DNA of 46,420 bases from Eubacteriales bacterium (GCA_045652845.1 JAZOLJ010000104.1:1-46420); one strand, 5' to 3'; positions 38,957 through 46,420 are shown, counted from the first letter of the stretch. A program made the numbers and translations. The notes: generated by a model from the sequence alone, not told the origin.

Positions 38957-40491
38957 GCGTGCTTTCTCCTTATCATCACGTAAATGCCGGCAATAAATAC
39001 AACAGATGCGGGAACTACGGCAAAGATCACGGTAATGGTGGTGGCGGCAGATGCCGTGATTGCGGCGATCTCCATATTGGCGTAGTATTTGCAGTCAAGC
39101 GAAACGGGAACCACAAGGCTGCCCATGGTGTTGCAGGCGTAGGAGAGAACAGAGGCGTTTCCGTAACGCGAATCAAGTGCCGCGGCAGCGGCAAAGTCGG
39201 TAGAGGCACTGGCAAGCACAAAGGCGTTAGAGGTCGAGCCGTCGTCGTTTGTCGTGGATTGCCTTGTGATCATCATGTAAGAGTAGGGGCGGTCAGCCGA
39301 TGCTGCGGATACCTCCTCGCCCTCAGCCTTGGCTACTGCCGTTGGAGAGGAGAAGAACACGTTGTAGCAGGTGCGGTGCTCTACGTTACCGATGTAGGAG
39401 GCAGAGCGATAGCCGTTGAAAAGCGTTTCCTGATACAGCGAGGAGAAGCGCAGGGAGGTGGTGTTGGGGAAAACGACTGTTTTCGGCACGGCAATATCCT
39501 TTTGCATATGCTCGGTCACGGTGTGGCCAAGGCTGCCGGTTGCAGTTTCGTAAAATGCCTTATTGGTGTGACCGTTGATGGTCAGCGACGAGTCAGTGTC
39601 CTTGATGACGGTATTTTTGTTTTTGTCGGTGCGGGCGATCTCAATACCCCATTCCGCCATAAACTGTTCAAGGTTTGGGAGGTGCGGTGTGTCCTTATCA
39701 AAGAACACCATCATCGAGTTGTTGCCGTCAAGAAAATCCTCGATCTTATCGATCTCGGAGATATCAGACGTGCCGTCCTTCTCGTAAAAGTCGCTCAACG
39801 GATCAAAGATGAGGAGCAGGCGGCAGTCGGGGTGAAGCTCCTCTTTGGTGAGGTCAACGGTCATGGGGCGGAAGCCGATCTGCTCAAGCAGCTTGATAAA
39901 CGCCTCATTCGCGCGCTCACCGTGGTTGTTGGTGATCGAAACTACGGGGGCGTTTGCTTGCGTGACGGACAAAAGCGAGGAAACCAAAACGTGCTCGCCG
40001 TCGTAGCCCGTCACGTATCCCTCGTCATTTACCTTGAAAAAATCCTCAAGGTTATAAACGCGCACGGCCTGGTCACAGATCACGATCACGCTTTGCGTTG
40101 TGATATTTTTGCCCGTCAGCTCCTTATAGGTGTTGACCGACGAGGGGTTGGTGTAAATATCGGTGTAGGAAACCTTGACGTTTGGGTAGTATTTTTCAAT
40201 ATCCAAAGCGGTTTTTAACACCTCAAGCTGAACGGTATCCATTTCCCAAGCGTATTTTTCATCGCAAAAGAGAATGGTGACCTGCTTTGTGGCATCCATT
40301 TGATTCAAAAAGCCCTTCGCCTCCTCCGAGAGGGTAAAGCGAGGCTCCGGCGTCATATCAACGTACCACAAAAACTTTTCGGAAAGTGCACCGAAAATGG
40401 CGTTGATGAGGATCACGGCGGCAATTACAATAACGGTAAGCGCAACAGAAATGCTGCCATGGCGAAATTTTTTTGTATGTGTTATACGCAT
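38953..40491 (-). CDS. GldG-like ABC transporter auxiliary component
   Basis: N-terminal TM, DMTPEPRFTLSEE, YDGE..LVSSLLSV, NNHGE, LLLIFDPLSDF, C-terminal TM ending IRRKHA. Start re-called at ATG 40491 (GGGAGG RBS). Confidence 0.75.
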   Translation of the reverse strand: MRITHTKKFRHGSISVALTVIVIAAVILINAIFGALSEKFLWYVDMTPEPRFTLSEEAKGFLNQMDATKQVTILFCDEKYAWEMDTVQLEVLKTALDIEKYYPNVKVSYTDIYTNPSSVNTYKELTGKNITTQSVIVICDQAVRVYNLEDFFKVNDEGYVTGYDGEHVLVSSLLSVTQANAPVVSITNNHGERANEAFIKLLEQIGFRPMTVDLTKEELHPDCRLLLIFDPLSDFYEKDGTSDISEIDKIEDFLDGNNSMMVFFDKDTPHLPNLEQFMAEWGIEIARTDKNKNTVIKDTDSSLTINGHTNKAFYETATGSLGHTVTEHMQKDIAVPKTVVFPNTTSLRFSSLYQETLFNGYRSASYIGNVEHRTCYNVFFSSPTAVAKAEGEEVSAASADRPYSYMMITRQSTTNDDGSTSNAFVLASASTDFAAAAALDSRYGNASVLSYACNTMGSLVVPVSLDCKYYANMEIAAITASAATTITVIFAVVPASVVFIAGIYVMIRRKHA

Positions 40492-40506
40492 ATGCGGCAC
40501 CTCCCA

Positions 40507-41250
40507 TCAGCCCCAACGGCGCTTTTCGTAAATGCGCACCGTGAGGAAAATAAACACACCGCTGATCGAAACGTAATAAAGCAGTGCGGAAAAATCAAGC
40601 ATGCCAAGGGCAAGGTTGTCGTAGCGGCTGAGCACCGAGAGCCAGTCAAGCACAGTGCGCAGTACGGCGGAATCGACAAACGCGGCAACGATGCCAACCA
40701 GCACCATAAAGGCAAGCACGGCGGTGGTTACAACGGCAGAGGCAAGCTGATTTTCGGCCAGCGAAGAAACAAACAAGCCAATGGCAATAAACGCCGCACC
40801 GATCAGTATCACGCCGATCACGCACCCTGCGATCTGTCCACCAACGGGGCCGATGTGCGTGTCGGAGGTAGCGGCTGCCTGCTCGGCAATGGCGTAGCCA
40901 AGCAAGGGCAGAAAGTTAATAAGGGACACCAGCACGCTTGAGGCAAAAAGGGTAAAGGCGGCAAAAAATTTGCCAAGCACCATACCGGTGATGGTGATGG
41001 GGGAGGTGAGGAGCAGCTGCTCGGTTCTTGTTTTGCGCTCCTCGGCAAACATGCGCATGGTCAGCAGCGGAATGAGTATAATGAAGAAAAATACCATGTA
41101 CTGAAAGTAAGAGGAGGTGTTGTAGCTTGCCTGCTGAATGGTGGTAAAGGCACACAAAAGTGCTGCGGCAAGCAAAAATACGCCAACGTATATAAACCCG
41201 ATGGGCGTGGTAAAATACGCGCGCAGTTCCTTTTTATAAATAGCAAACAT
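40507..41250 (-). CDS. ABC-2 type permease, GldF-like
   Basis: MFAIYKKELRAYFTTPIG, IPLLTMRMFAEERKTRTEQLLLTSP, VLGKFFA, IGLFVSSLAENQ, EKRRW; six TMs. Confidence 0.88.
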   Translation of the reverse strand: MFAIYKKELRAYFTTPIGFIYVGVFLLAAALLCAFTTIQQASYNTSSYFQYMVFFFIILIPLLTMRMFAEERKTRTEQLLLTSPITITGMVLGKFFAAFTLFASSVLVSLINFLPLLGYAIAEQAAATSDTHIGPVGGQIAGCVIGVILIGAAFIAIGLFVSSLAENQLASAVVTTAVLAFMVLVGIVAAFVDSAVLRTVLDWLSVLSRYDNLALGMLDFSALLYYVSISGVFIFLTVRIYEKRRWG

Positions 41251-41285
41251 AATGCTTCGGTCAGCCCGCTTGGGGCGCTCCTTTC

Positions 41286-42359
41286 TTATTCGTCACCCTC
41301 GTAAGGGGCAATGCTTTCCTGCTTGGCGGCGGTGGCATCCAGAATCGACTGTGCAATATCCTTTTCCGCTGTGCGGGTGCGGCCCTTTTTGCCACCCCTT
41401 GCGGGCTTTTTGCCACCCTCCAGATCGTCGGTTTTATCGACCACGGAAATAAAGATGTCCTCAAGGTTCATGCCAAGCGTTTCCATGCCGATGAGGGGCC
41501 AGCCCTTTGCGGCGAAGGCATAGAAGAGCGATTTGCGAACATCTACGCCCTTGCTGCTTTCCACGTGGTACACGTAAGCCTCACCGTCGCGTGCCGCAAG
41601 TGCTTCGGCATATGCAACGTCGGGGCGTTCGCGCAGCAGGGCAAGCACCTCGCGCTGAGGGCCGCAGACCTTTAGCTGATAGCGGCAGGTGTTGGAGGCA
41701 ACACGGTTGATGTTTTCGGTCAGCTCGTCGGCAACCACGCGCCCCTTGTTGATGATGATGATACGGTCACAAACCGCCTGCACCTCTTGCAGGATGTGCG
41801 TGGAAAGAATGACGGTGTGCTCGCGCCCCAGGGTGCGGATGAGGTTACGCACCTCAATGATCTGCTTGGGGTCAAGACCAACGGTAGGCTCGTCAAAAAT
41901 AATAACGGGCGGATTGCCGATCAGTGCCTGTGCAATGCCCACACGCTGACGGAAGCCCTTGGAGAGGTTTTTGATCAGACGCTTGTAAACGTCGGTCAGC
42001 TTTACCACCTCGCAGATCTCCTGCAGGTGCTTGGTGCGGTTGAGGGTGCAGCCTTTGAGGTTATACACGAAAATAAGGTACTCTTCAACTGTCATATCAA
42101 GGTAAAGCGGGGGCTGCTCGGGCAGGTAGCCGATGCGACGCTTGACCTCAAGCGGCTCGTCTAGCACGTTGAGGCCGTCTACCATGACGCGCCCTGAGGT
42201 GGAGGAGAGATAGCCTGCAAGAATGTTCATGGTCGTGCTCTTGCCGGCACCGTTCGGGCCCAGCAGACCTACGATCTCACCGCGGGCAACCTCAAAGCTG
42301 ATGTCGTCAACCGCGCAGTTTGCACCGTAGTTTTTGACCAGATGATCGATCTTTATCAT
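41286..42359 (-). CDS. ABC transporter ATP-binding protein, GldA-like
   Basis: Walker A GPNGAGKST, signature LSKGFRQR, Walker B IIFDEPTVGLDP, H-loop STHIL, C-terminal extension. Confidence 0.92.
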   Translation of the reverse strand: MIKIDHLVKNYGANCAVDDISFEVARGEIVGLLGPNGAGKSTTMNILAGYLSSTSGRVMVDGLNVLDEPLEVKRRIGYLPEQPPLYLDMTVEEYLIFVYNLKGCTLNRTKHLQEICEVVKLTDVYKRLIKNLSKGFRQRVGIAQALIGNPPVIIFDEPTVGLDPKQIIEVRNLIRTLGREHTVILSTHILQEVQAVCDRIIIINKGRVVADELTENINRVASNTCRYQLKVCGPQREVLALLRERPDVAYAEALAARDGEAYVYHVESSKGVDVRKSLFYAFAAKGWPLIGMETLGMNLEDIFISVVDKTDDLEGGKKPARGGKKGRTRTAEKDIAQSILDATAAKQESIAPYEGDE

Positions 42360-42410
42360 ATGTAATTCCTTTCGGCGGCGGTGATCGCCGCATATTTTGC
42401 AGATAAAAAT

Positions 42411-42439
42411 ATTTTATCATATAACGGCGAATAAATCAA
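42411..42439 (-). promoter_or_regulatory. SigmaA-type promoter of the ABC operon
   Basis: Minus strand TTGATT-17 bp-TAAAAT with TG extension. Confidence 0.55.
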
Positions 42440-42512
42440 CCGTCATGCGATACTTTTTCGCGGCCTTGTGTGATATTTTCATGAATTTTTCTTCATCTTA
42501 TAGAGAAATATA

Positions 42513-42553
42513 GCAAAAATGTCAGCCGTCTGCCAAAAGGCAGGCGGCTGACA
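42513..42553 (-). terminator. Intrinsic terminator after the small Cys-rich gene
   Basis: Stem TGTCAGCCGTCTGCC/GGCAGGCGGCTGACA (one non-Watson-Crick position), 4-nt loop, followed by a T-run on the minus strand. Confidence 0.75.
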
Positions 42554-42554
42554 G

Positions 42555-42752
42555 TCAGATCTGCTTGTGTACACTTTTATATTCGTCATAGAAGCGATAG
42601 TAGGGGCAAGAGGCGGTTTCTCTTGACAAAAAGCGGAGCATCTCATCCTCGTCAAGGCGCATGGTGCAGGTGTATTCCTCGTAATATTCGTCGTAATTGT
42701 AAAATTCACAGCTCTCGCAATTCGATTGCGGCATTTTTGCTTGCTTTTTCAT
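42555..42752 (-). CDS. Small Cys/Tyr/acid-rich protein (DUF6472-like, 65 aa)
   Basis: MKKQAKMPQSNCESCEFYNYDEYYEEYTCTMRLDEDEMLRFLSRETASCPYYRFYDEYKSVHKQI; GGGGAGG RBS; own promoter and terminator. Family name recalled from pattern only. Confidence 0.75.
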   Translation of the reverse strand: MKKQAKMPQSNCESCEFYNYDEYYEEYTCTMRLDEDEMLRFLSRETASCPYYRFYDEYKSVHKQI

Positions 42753-42779
42753 TTTTCGCCTCCCCGTGGTTCTTTTTAC

Positions 42780-42808
42780 AGTATAGCACAGCGCCGCAGA
42801 AATTGCAA
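42780..42808 (-). promoter_or_regulatory. SigmaA-type promoter for the DUF6472-like gene
   Basis: Minus strand TTGCAA-17 bp-TATACT with TGTGc extension. Confidence 0.6.
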
Positions 42809-42810
42809 TA

Positions 42811-43434
42811 TCAAAATCCAAAGCAAGAGGGAAAGAAGCCGCAGGCAAAATGAGCCACCGCGCACCCCCACACGGCGCGCTCGCGCTGAAATATCCACCC
42901 CGTTACAAGGCTTAAAGCTATAGCAAGCAGCATCATACGGATACCGTACACCACGTGAAAGGCACCGAAGGTCAGTGCAGACAAGAGATTGGCAAGCTGC
43001 GGGTGACGCTGCTCAAAAACCAGCTCGAAGCTGTAATACATCACGCTTTTGGCAAGCACCTCCTGAAAGGGGGCTACTAAAAAGTAGGTCGTGCGGGAAA
43101 TATCCCCTGCAATGCGCCAAGAAAACGCGATCTGTGCGCCAAGGGCGGCGCGTGCTGCCGCCAAGCCGCCAACAAACAGCAGCCCCACCCCGCCGCCGAG
43201 CGCGAGTGAGCGAAGCAGCGTGCCGCGGGGCACGATAATGCCCATTTCTTCAAATTTCATCGGTGTAAATACGGCAAGTGCCGCAAAGAGTAAAAGTGCC
43301 AGCAGCTCGATCAGCCGCCCGTAGTAATATACGGGAAGATCAAAAAAGCTTTTCAGCAGCTGCCACGTAATTAAGTAAAGGGAAAGCGTAACCGTTAAAA
43401 GGGTTAGGGTCAGCACCCCGCTGCGTTCCTTCAT
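42811..43434 (-). CDS. CPBP (CAAX protease/Abi)-like intramembrane protein
   Basis: Polytopic; motif remnants APFQEVLAK, FGAFH, GWIFQR...AVAHFACG; start re-called at ATG 43434 (GAGGCGGTG RBS). Confidence 0.7.
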   Translation of the reverse strand: MKERSGVLTLTLLTVTLSLYLITWQLLKSFFDLPVYYYGRLIELLALLLFAALAVFTPMKFEEMGIIVPRGTLLRSLALGGGVGLLFVGGLAAARAALGAQIAFSWRIAGDISRTTYFLVAPFQEVLAKSVMYYSFELVFEQRHPQLANLLSALTFGAFHVVYGIRMMLLAIALSLVTGWIFQRERAVWGCAVAHFACGFFPSCFGF

Positions 43435-43589
43435 TTTATCACCGCCTCTCAAAAGCAGTATTACCATGAAGGGGGCGGCATATTCTTGTTTCAATTTTAT
43501 TTAACAAGGTTTAACACCTGCGGCTACCAAAGCTTTAAGCTTTCAGCTGAAGCTTCCACAGGGTTCTCGCACCCCACATGTCCACGCAC

Positions 43590-43625
43590 AACAAAAAGCC
43601 CCCACACAAGGTGGGGGCTTTTGTT
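43590..43625 (-). terminator. Terminator hairpin directly 3' of tRNA-Arg
   Basis: AACAAAAAGCCCCCAC-ACAAG-GTGGGGGCTTTTGTT inverted repeat beginning 1-2 nt after the tRNA CCA. Confidence 0.8.
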
Positions 43626-43626
43626 A

Positions 43627-43703
43627 TGGCGCGGCACGGGGGACTCGAACCCTCGACCTACTGGTTCGTAGCCAGGCACTCTATCCAACTGAGCTAGTGC
43701 CGC
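43627..43703 (-). tRNA. tRNA-Arg (anticodon ACG)
   Basis: GCGGCAC TA GCTC AGTTGGATA GAGT G CCTGG CT-ACG-AA CCAGT AGGTC GAGGG TTCGAGT CCCCC GTGCCGC G CCA; 77 nt cloverleaf, perfect acceptor stem, A20, encoded CCA. Confidence 0.95.
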
Positions 43704-43728
43704 ACATACCCTTTCGGCGTACTTGGGT

Positions 43729-43757
43729 ATTATAGCACACAAAAATGAGGTTGTCAA
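43729..43757 (-). promoter_or_regulatory. Consensus sigmaA promoter for tRNA-Arg
   Basis: Minus strand TTGACA-17 bp-TATAAT, TGTGc extension, AT-rich UP element. Confidence 0.8.
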
Positions 43758-43788
43758 GAGTGTTTTTGAAAATTATTTTTCTTTTTTG

Positions 43789-43826
43789 CAAAAAGCCGCA
43801 CGCGATACCGTGTGATCGCGTGCGGC
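43789..43826 (-). terminator. Intrinsic terminator after the AEC transporter gene
   Basis: 12-bp stem GCCGCACGCGAT/ATCGCGTGCGGC followed on the minus strand by TTTTTG. Confidence 0.75.
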
Positions 43827-43837
43827 GGAATATTTCT

Positions 43838-44827
43838 TTACAGCGCACCGCCAAGACGCAGTAAAAATGCAGCAAGGAAGATCGAGAATGCGGCAACAAG
43901 GGTAGACCATACCACCAGCTGACCCGCCAGGGTCACGTCGCCGTTCATTTCTTGCACCATCGGGACGCTGGGTACGGCAACGGGGGTTGCGAAAAGCGAA
44001 ACAAAGGTTGCAAACTGTGCAGCACCGAAATCTTTTTTGAAAAAGAGAAAGGCGATGCCAAGAGCAAACACGGGCACGATCAAGCAGCGCACGGCTGTGC
44101 CGAAAATAATTTCTCTTTTCAGTGCCGATACGGCGGAAAACTCAAACTGTGCGCCAAGCACGATCAGTGCCAGGGGAATTGCCAGATTGGAAATGTATTG
44201 GATCACGGTCATCAGCGGCGTGATGCTGCTGAGGCGGAAGGAAATACCAACCTCCTCGAAAACAGCACGGAAGCCAAGGGCCACAAGGCCTGCCGCAATG
44301 CCGATAATGAGTGGGTTTTTGATAATGCCGAGCAGAATATCCTTTACCCTGGGCTTTTTCTCGCCATCGTTGCCAAACGAGGCAAGGCTGATAACTGCCA
44401 GCACGTTAAACAGGGGAATGACGGCGGCGGAGAGCAGAGAAGCAGCGGTTGCGCCCGCAGCACCGTAGAGCGATTCGGCAAGCGGAATGCCGATCAGAGA
44501 ATAGCCCGATCGGAAGGATGCCTGTATCAAAACGCCGCGACGGTTTTTTTGCTTTGCAATGGCGATCGAGGCGGGAATGGAAATTGCAAAAATGATAAGC
44601 AGCGCAATGACCGCATACAGAATAAAGCCAAAGCCCATGGCGGCAAGGCTGTTGATGCGGTAAATGTTCAAAAAGAGCATAACGGGCATAAATACGCGGA
44701 ACACCAGCTTGTTGCCTGCGCTTGCAAAGCTTGCGGGTATCATGCCGATGCGCTTGAGAAAATAGCCAATGGCTACCATCAAAACAATGGGAGCTACGGC
44801 ACTGATCGCATAAATAAAAGAGTCCAT
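43838..44827 (-). CDS. AEC (auxin efflux carrier / malate permease-like) family transporter
   Basis: AVAPIVLMVAIGYFLKR, NKLVFRVFMPVMLF, QASFRS...GIPLA, IIKNPLIIG, PLALIVLG, ATPVAV; about 10 TMs. Start re-called at ATG 44827 (GAGAGG RBS). Confidence 0.9.
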   Translation of the reverse strand: MDSFIYAISAVAPIVLMVAIGYFLKRIGMIPASFASAGNKLVFRVFMPVMLFLNIYRINSLAAMGFGFILYAVIALLIIFAISIPASIAIAKQKNRRGVLIQASFRSGYSLIGIPLAESLYGAAGATAASLLSAAVIPLFNVLAVISLASFGNDGEKKPRVKDILLGIIKNPLIIGIAAGLVALGFRAVFEEVGISFRLSSITPLMTVIQYISNLAIPLALIVLGAQFEFSAVSALKREIIFGTAVRCLIVPVFALGIAFLFFKKDFGAAQFATFVSLFATPVAVPSVPMVQEMNGDVTLAGQLVVWSTLVAAFSIFLAAFLLRLGGAL

Positions 44828-44876
44828 TTTGTACCTCTCTTTCGCGTTACAATATTTAAAAATAAACAACTTGGTT

Positions 44877-44905
44877 ATTGTAGCATGTTTTTCTTTGCAT
44901 TGCAA
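44877..44905 (-). promoter_or_regulatory. SigmaA-type promoter for the AEC transporter
   Basis: Minus strand TTGCAA-17 bp-TACAAT with TG extension. Confidence 0.55.
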
Positions 44906-45156
44906 TTCGTTTTTTTGCCAAAAAGTTGACAAAAATTTGCAGATAAATCGGCATATTTTTTACTTGACAGCACCAAGAGCATTAAACGATAAACGAAAAG
45001 GGCTGATTTTGATGCTTTACAATACAAAAAGGCTGCTTTGCACATGGTGACAAAACAGCCTTTTTAAGCTATTACATATTTGAAAGCACGTGAGAATTGC
45101 CACTGTTGGCGATCGTGCCGTTTTAAAATGATCTCCCGCATTCGCGGGGGTTAATA

Positions 45157-46083
45157 TTACTCGAACAATGGGGTGGAGAAGTAACGCTCTGCGGTGTCGG
45201 GCAGCACCGTTACCACGGTTTTGCCGCGCCCCAGCTTTTTGGCAAGCTTGATGGCGGCTGCCACGTTGGTGCCGCTGGAGATGCCGCACATAATGCCCTC
45301 CTGTGAGGCAAGACGCTTGGCGGTTTGCAGTGCCTCCCCATCCTTTACAATGCAAATGTCGTTGTAAATGCTCGTGTTGAGGATGGCGGGAATAAGCCCG
45401 TCACCAATGCCCATTTGGAGGTGCGTGCCAATCGAGCCGCCCGAAAGGATAGCCGCGTGCTCGGGCTCTACTGCCCAAATTTCAATATCGGGGTTGGCAG
45501 CCCTTAGCGTTTCGCCAATACCCGTAATGGTGCCGCCCGTGCCAATTCCCGAGCAAAAGCCGTGAATGGGGCCGCCCACGGCATTGAGAATTTCCACACC
45601 CGTTTGCTTGCGCTGAATGGCAACGTTTGCGGGGTTTTCAAATTGCTGCGGTACGAACACGCGAGGGTCCTCACGCTGCATGCGAAGAGCTGTTTGCAGG
45701 CATTCCTCAATGCAATCGCCAATGTTTCCGGCATCGTGAATGAGAATGACCTCGGCACCGTAGTGCTCTACCAGCTTGCGGCGTTCCTCGCTGACCGAAT
45801 CGGGCATAATGATCTTGGTTTTATAGCCGCGCACCGCGCCAACGAGTGCAAGCCCGATGCCTTGGTTGCCGCTGGTGGGTTCAACGATAACGGTATCGGG
45901 CTTGATCAGCCCTGCCTCCTCTGCCTCGCGGATCATGTTATACGCCGTGCGGGTCTTGATCGAGCCACCGACGTTCAGCCCCTCAAATTTGACAAGAATT
46001 TCTGCACTGTCTGCATCAGCCATGCGTGAGAGGCGGATGAGCGGTGTGTTGCCGAGTGCATCTAAAATAGAGTTACAAATCAT
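45157..46083 (-). CDS. cysK: Cysteine synthase family PLP enzyme (O-acetylserine sulfhydrylase-like)
   Basis: GNTPLIRL, KFEGLNVGGSIKTR (PLP lysine), EPTSGNQGIG, QQFENPAN, GIGTGGTITG, GISSG, PDTAERYFST. Confidence 0.85.
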   Translation of the reverse strand: MICNSILDALGNTPLIRLSRMADADSAEILVKFEGLNVGGSIKTRTAYNMIREAEEAGLIKPDTVIVEPTSGNQGIGLALVGAVRGYKTKIIMPDSVSEERRKLVEHYGAEVILIHDAGNIGDCIEECLQTALRMQREDPRVFVPQQFENPANVAIQRKQTGVEILNAVGGPIHGFCSGIGTGGTITGIGETLRAANPDIEIWAVEPEHAAILSGGSIGTHLQMGIGDGLIPAILNTSIYNDICIVKDGEALQTAKRLASQEGIMCGISSGTNVAAAIKLAKKLGRGKTVVTVLPDTAERYFSTPLFE

Positions 46084-46113
46084 ATTAAAACCTCAAAAAA
46101 GCAATCTGTTAAA

Positions 46114-46142
46114 ATTTTATACTAAAACGGGGAATTTGTCAA
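46114..46142 (-). promoter_or_regulatory. SigmaA-type promoter for cysK
   Basis: Minus strand TTGACA-17 bp-TAAAAT about 30 nt upstream of the ATG. Confidence 0.6.
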
Positions 46143-46215
46143 CTGTTTTTTGAGAAAGGCAGATATCCCTATCTTGTTTTCGCTCATTTGAAAAAACCCG
46201 AATGGGGTGGGGAAG

Positions 46216-46420
46216 GAACGGGGCTCGTCCCTGTAAGACGATCCACAACGCGAAAAAGGACACCGAACGGGGCTCGTCTAATTCGCCTGCGGCGAATAAA
46301 ACAGAATGCCTCGGCGGCTCAACACCGCCGTCGCGCGGCGAACGGCATTCTTCCCGCCGCGTGGCTTTGCCACGCAACGGGTTCTCGTCCCCGTAATCTG
46401 CTCCAGAACGAGAAAAAACC
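46216..46420. repeat. Structured non-coding repeat region containing tRNA-3'-end-like motifs; continues past the right edge
   Basis: GAACGGGGCTCGTC exact at 46216 and 46265, variant AACGGGTTCTCGTC at 46376; hairpins ATTCGCC/GGCGAAT, AGAATGCC/GGCATTCT enclosing CGGCGG/CCGCCG, and GCGTGGC/GCCACGC. Confidence 0.65.

Noticed and set aside
42811-43627. Genomic island or prophage integrated at tRNA-Arg
   Set aside because: No integrase, no direct-repeat copy of the tRNA 3' end seen in the window, and flanking genes look host-like.
44906-45156. Plus-strand promoter or sRNA in the AEC-cysK gap (TTGACA at 44927 and 44964)
   Set aside because: No acceptable -10 at 16-18 nt and no clear terminator or structure.
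46143-46420. T-box or SAM riboswitch controlling cysK, or an intact tRNA/tmRNA at the right edge
   Set aside because: No T-box or S-box consensus on the minus strand and the cysK promoter lies downstream of the structure; no D or anticodon arm; GCAGAT at about 46159 could pair with the acceptor-like strand but is probably chance.

Overview
Core-genome-type window from a moderately GC-rich Firmicute, most likely Clostridia (inferred from gene order, GlgC/GlgD pair, clostridial 2[4Fe-4S] ferredoxin and sigmaA-type promoters). Left: a minus-strand run yybS-like(DUF2232)-gdpP-rplI-dnaB-tilS-ftsH, then a two-gene acyl-CoA dehydratase activase/dehydratase-like pair and the 5' end of a GH28/pectate-lyase-3-like gene. 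Divergent from it: rimP-nusA-ylxR-L7Ae-infB-NUDIX. Next, a minus-strand holB-ricT(yaaT)-ferredoxin-tRNA m6A37 methylase-[amidase, + strand]-rsmI-asd block, then a complete glycogen operon (glgB-glgC-glgD-glgA-glgP-GH13-hypothetical), a Gld-like four-gene ABC system, small membrane/metal-binding genes, tRNA-Arg(ACG), an AEC transporter and a cysteine synthase. I see no CRISPR array, transposase, integrase or prophage gene, and no convincing multi-gene novel system. The best leads are non-coding: (i) tRNA-3'-end mimics with an altered T-loop (GGGTTCTCG) in structured repeats next to tRNA-Arg and at the right edge, and (ii) an inverted pair of ~95-bp double-hairpin elements with compensatory changes between NUDIX and asd. 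Protein-level leads: RicT with a ~210-aa disordered N-terminus, an uncharacterised ORF ending the glg operon, and a GdpP GGGH-to-GGGR change. All calls come from motif recognition by eye; no searches were run.
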